Below, piece by piece: positions 30,786 through 32,321 of a stretch of 32,321 nucleotides of DNA. The position numbers and the translations under genes are program-made. Where the stretch lies: NCBI GenBank assembly GCA_013115145.1, contig JAAPAO010000405.1, positions 1 to 32,321 of the forward strand, given 5' to 3'. Within the stretch, counting starts at the first letter, position 1. Each line of letters starts with the position of its first letter. This DNA is from Perkinsus chesapeaki ATCC PRA-425 (lineage: Eukaryota > Protista > Perkinsozoa). Under the pieces are notes generated by a model. It saw only the letters and a list, made by a program, of their open reading frames with translations. It was not told where the DNA came from and did not search any database.

Positions 30786-32321
30786 TCATGTGGCTATAGC
30801 ATTGATGTCATCCGGGGATAAACCATCTAAAAGGGAATGGAGATCACCATCAAGTTCTGCTGTAACATCCTCCTGCTTCTCTCGGTCATTCGCGGAGGAG
30901 GCGGATGACGCTGACGACGCTCCATCTCCTTCAGAGGAAGATGCCTAAGCATCAGTGAACGTGGTACAACCACGAGGTTCGATGGCGGCTACCTCATCGG
31001 CCGAGGCTCGACAGTTCTCAGTTTCCTCAAGGATCTGCGCCACTTGCGCATTCACCACCTCTTGAGCTCCGACAACTGCCAAAGGGGCGCCTCGTGCGAG
31101 AGAGGCGGCTACTCCCACTTATGCTCTTTGCCGATTCGCGAAGATACTCATCGAAATCGTCGGAGCCTTGGGTCCTTTGATGACCGGTAGCACGGTACAG
31201 TATCCTGTGAACGGTATCGGTGTCACTGGCTGCTATGGCTTTGACGGTCTCCATTCCAGCCGAGTGCAGCGCGGCTGCCCAAGAGACTGACCTGAAGCAA
31301 TGCCGAATGGAAGAGAGTGAAGCACAATCGTGAAAACGCGAAGCGAGGATCATTCCGTTAGCGTCCTACAGCCCGACGTGACTGAGCTTGGAGGTCATCT
31401 CGGCGATGTACGCAGGTGCCCCGGTTGAGAGCTGCTCGCTGAGTGGGGTAAGAGCTGCCGCTAGTGCCCACCATCGGAGACGCTCACAGAATCCCACGAC
31501 CATGCCTGAGGACGGCTACTGTGGGGATCGCTGGAGGAATCGTACCACAGTACGCGGCGGAGGCCGACTGAAGCTGCTGTATTTGGCCACAGTTTACTTG
31601 GTAGTTTGCAGCCAGATTAGGAAGAGGCATCTGACGATTGATCTCAAGGCTGAGGAGGACGACTTACCCCCTTTAATAGGTGATGGAGGACTAATGTAGC
31701 GTAGAAGCGGACGTGAGTAGCCAACTGCCGACGCCACTTCATCACATCCTACACAGTAAGATTACACTATAAGCCCTCTCCCTTACCTCTGGGCTCTTTT
31801 GTTTGCACGCCGGCACTGGCGTGGATAAAGACAATGTGGTACTTCTTAAGAAAGGGGCGTTGAGGAACCCTTCATCGATCCCACATCTGACATGGACATC
31901 AGTCGCTGAGGTAAGGACCAGGACTGACCGAGTGGCGATCTTCCTTTGGTCAACCGTCATGCTGTTGTAGAGCCTCAAGAATGGCTCAATGCGGACGGGG
32001 ATGCCATGCCGGACTGGAGTGACAAGATACAGCAGGTGGAGGTCGCTGAGTGAGTCGAATCATTGTATCGCATCGGTGAGAGCTCACGCACCTCGATAAA
32101 AGGATTTGGCAGCTCGCATTCTTAAGATCGCGGAAGACAATCGAAGCCTCTTCGGCTTCTAAGGAGGAGAACGCCACGGCCTGAGGCAGCAGGAAGTGGA
32201 TGAGAGACGCCCTGGGGAAGGATGGGTCACACTTCGCCTAGGGGCGTCGACCGCAGCTGACCGTCTTCATCGTTAACCTAGAAACTCAAGATGGGGGCCA
32301 AGGGAAGACCGGTTCCTACTT
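30786..32321 (-). CDS. HELQ/POLQ-type Ski2-like DNA helicase, C-terminal part; gene starts beyond window end
   Basis: Spliced segments LRSTPLGE|AVAFSSLEAEEASIVFRDLKNA..S|DLHLLYLVTP..HVRFYATLVLHHLL..GQIQQLQSASAAYC|GMVVGFCERLRWWAL..AAALHSAGMETVKAIA match the HELQ/Pol theta helicase ratchet and HhH regions; stop TGA at 30788-30786. Confidence 0.85.

Overview
Gene-dense eukaryotic nuclear DNA of roughly 50% GC, with many short GT-AG introns (mostly 38-60 nt). The style suggests a perkinsid alveolate (Perkinsus-like); this is an inference, not a database match. Genes reconstructed by manual splicing, in order: P5-type ATPase (-, runs off the window start), PITH-domain gene (+, one in-frame TAG), PPCDC/Hal3 flavoprotein (+), ZNF207/BuGZ-like (+), degenerate DEAH-helicase-like locus (-), two tandem paralogs of an unrecognised family (+), IFT54/TRAF3IP1-like (+), RPL23/uL14 (-) head-to-head with ABCF2 (+), a coiled-coil/TM hypothetical, a large signal-peptide-bearing GT61-type glycosyltransferase (+), cathepsin B-like protease (+) and a HELQ/POLQ-type helicase (-, runs off the window end). 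The strongest unexplained signal is a 2.9-kb gene-free island (25.7-28.6 kb) with at least 13 perfect inverted repeats (arms of 7 bp or more, exactly one central base, mostly unrelated sequences), against about 0.2 expected by chance; it includes a 53-bp near-perfect hairpin. The first 7 kb also holds three intronic 30-33 bp minisatellites and a 120-bp triplication of the PITH gene start. No CRISPR array, tRNA or rRNA was found. All exon models and counts were made by eye.
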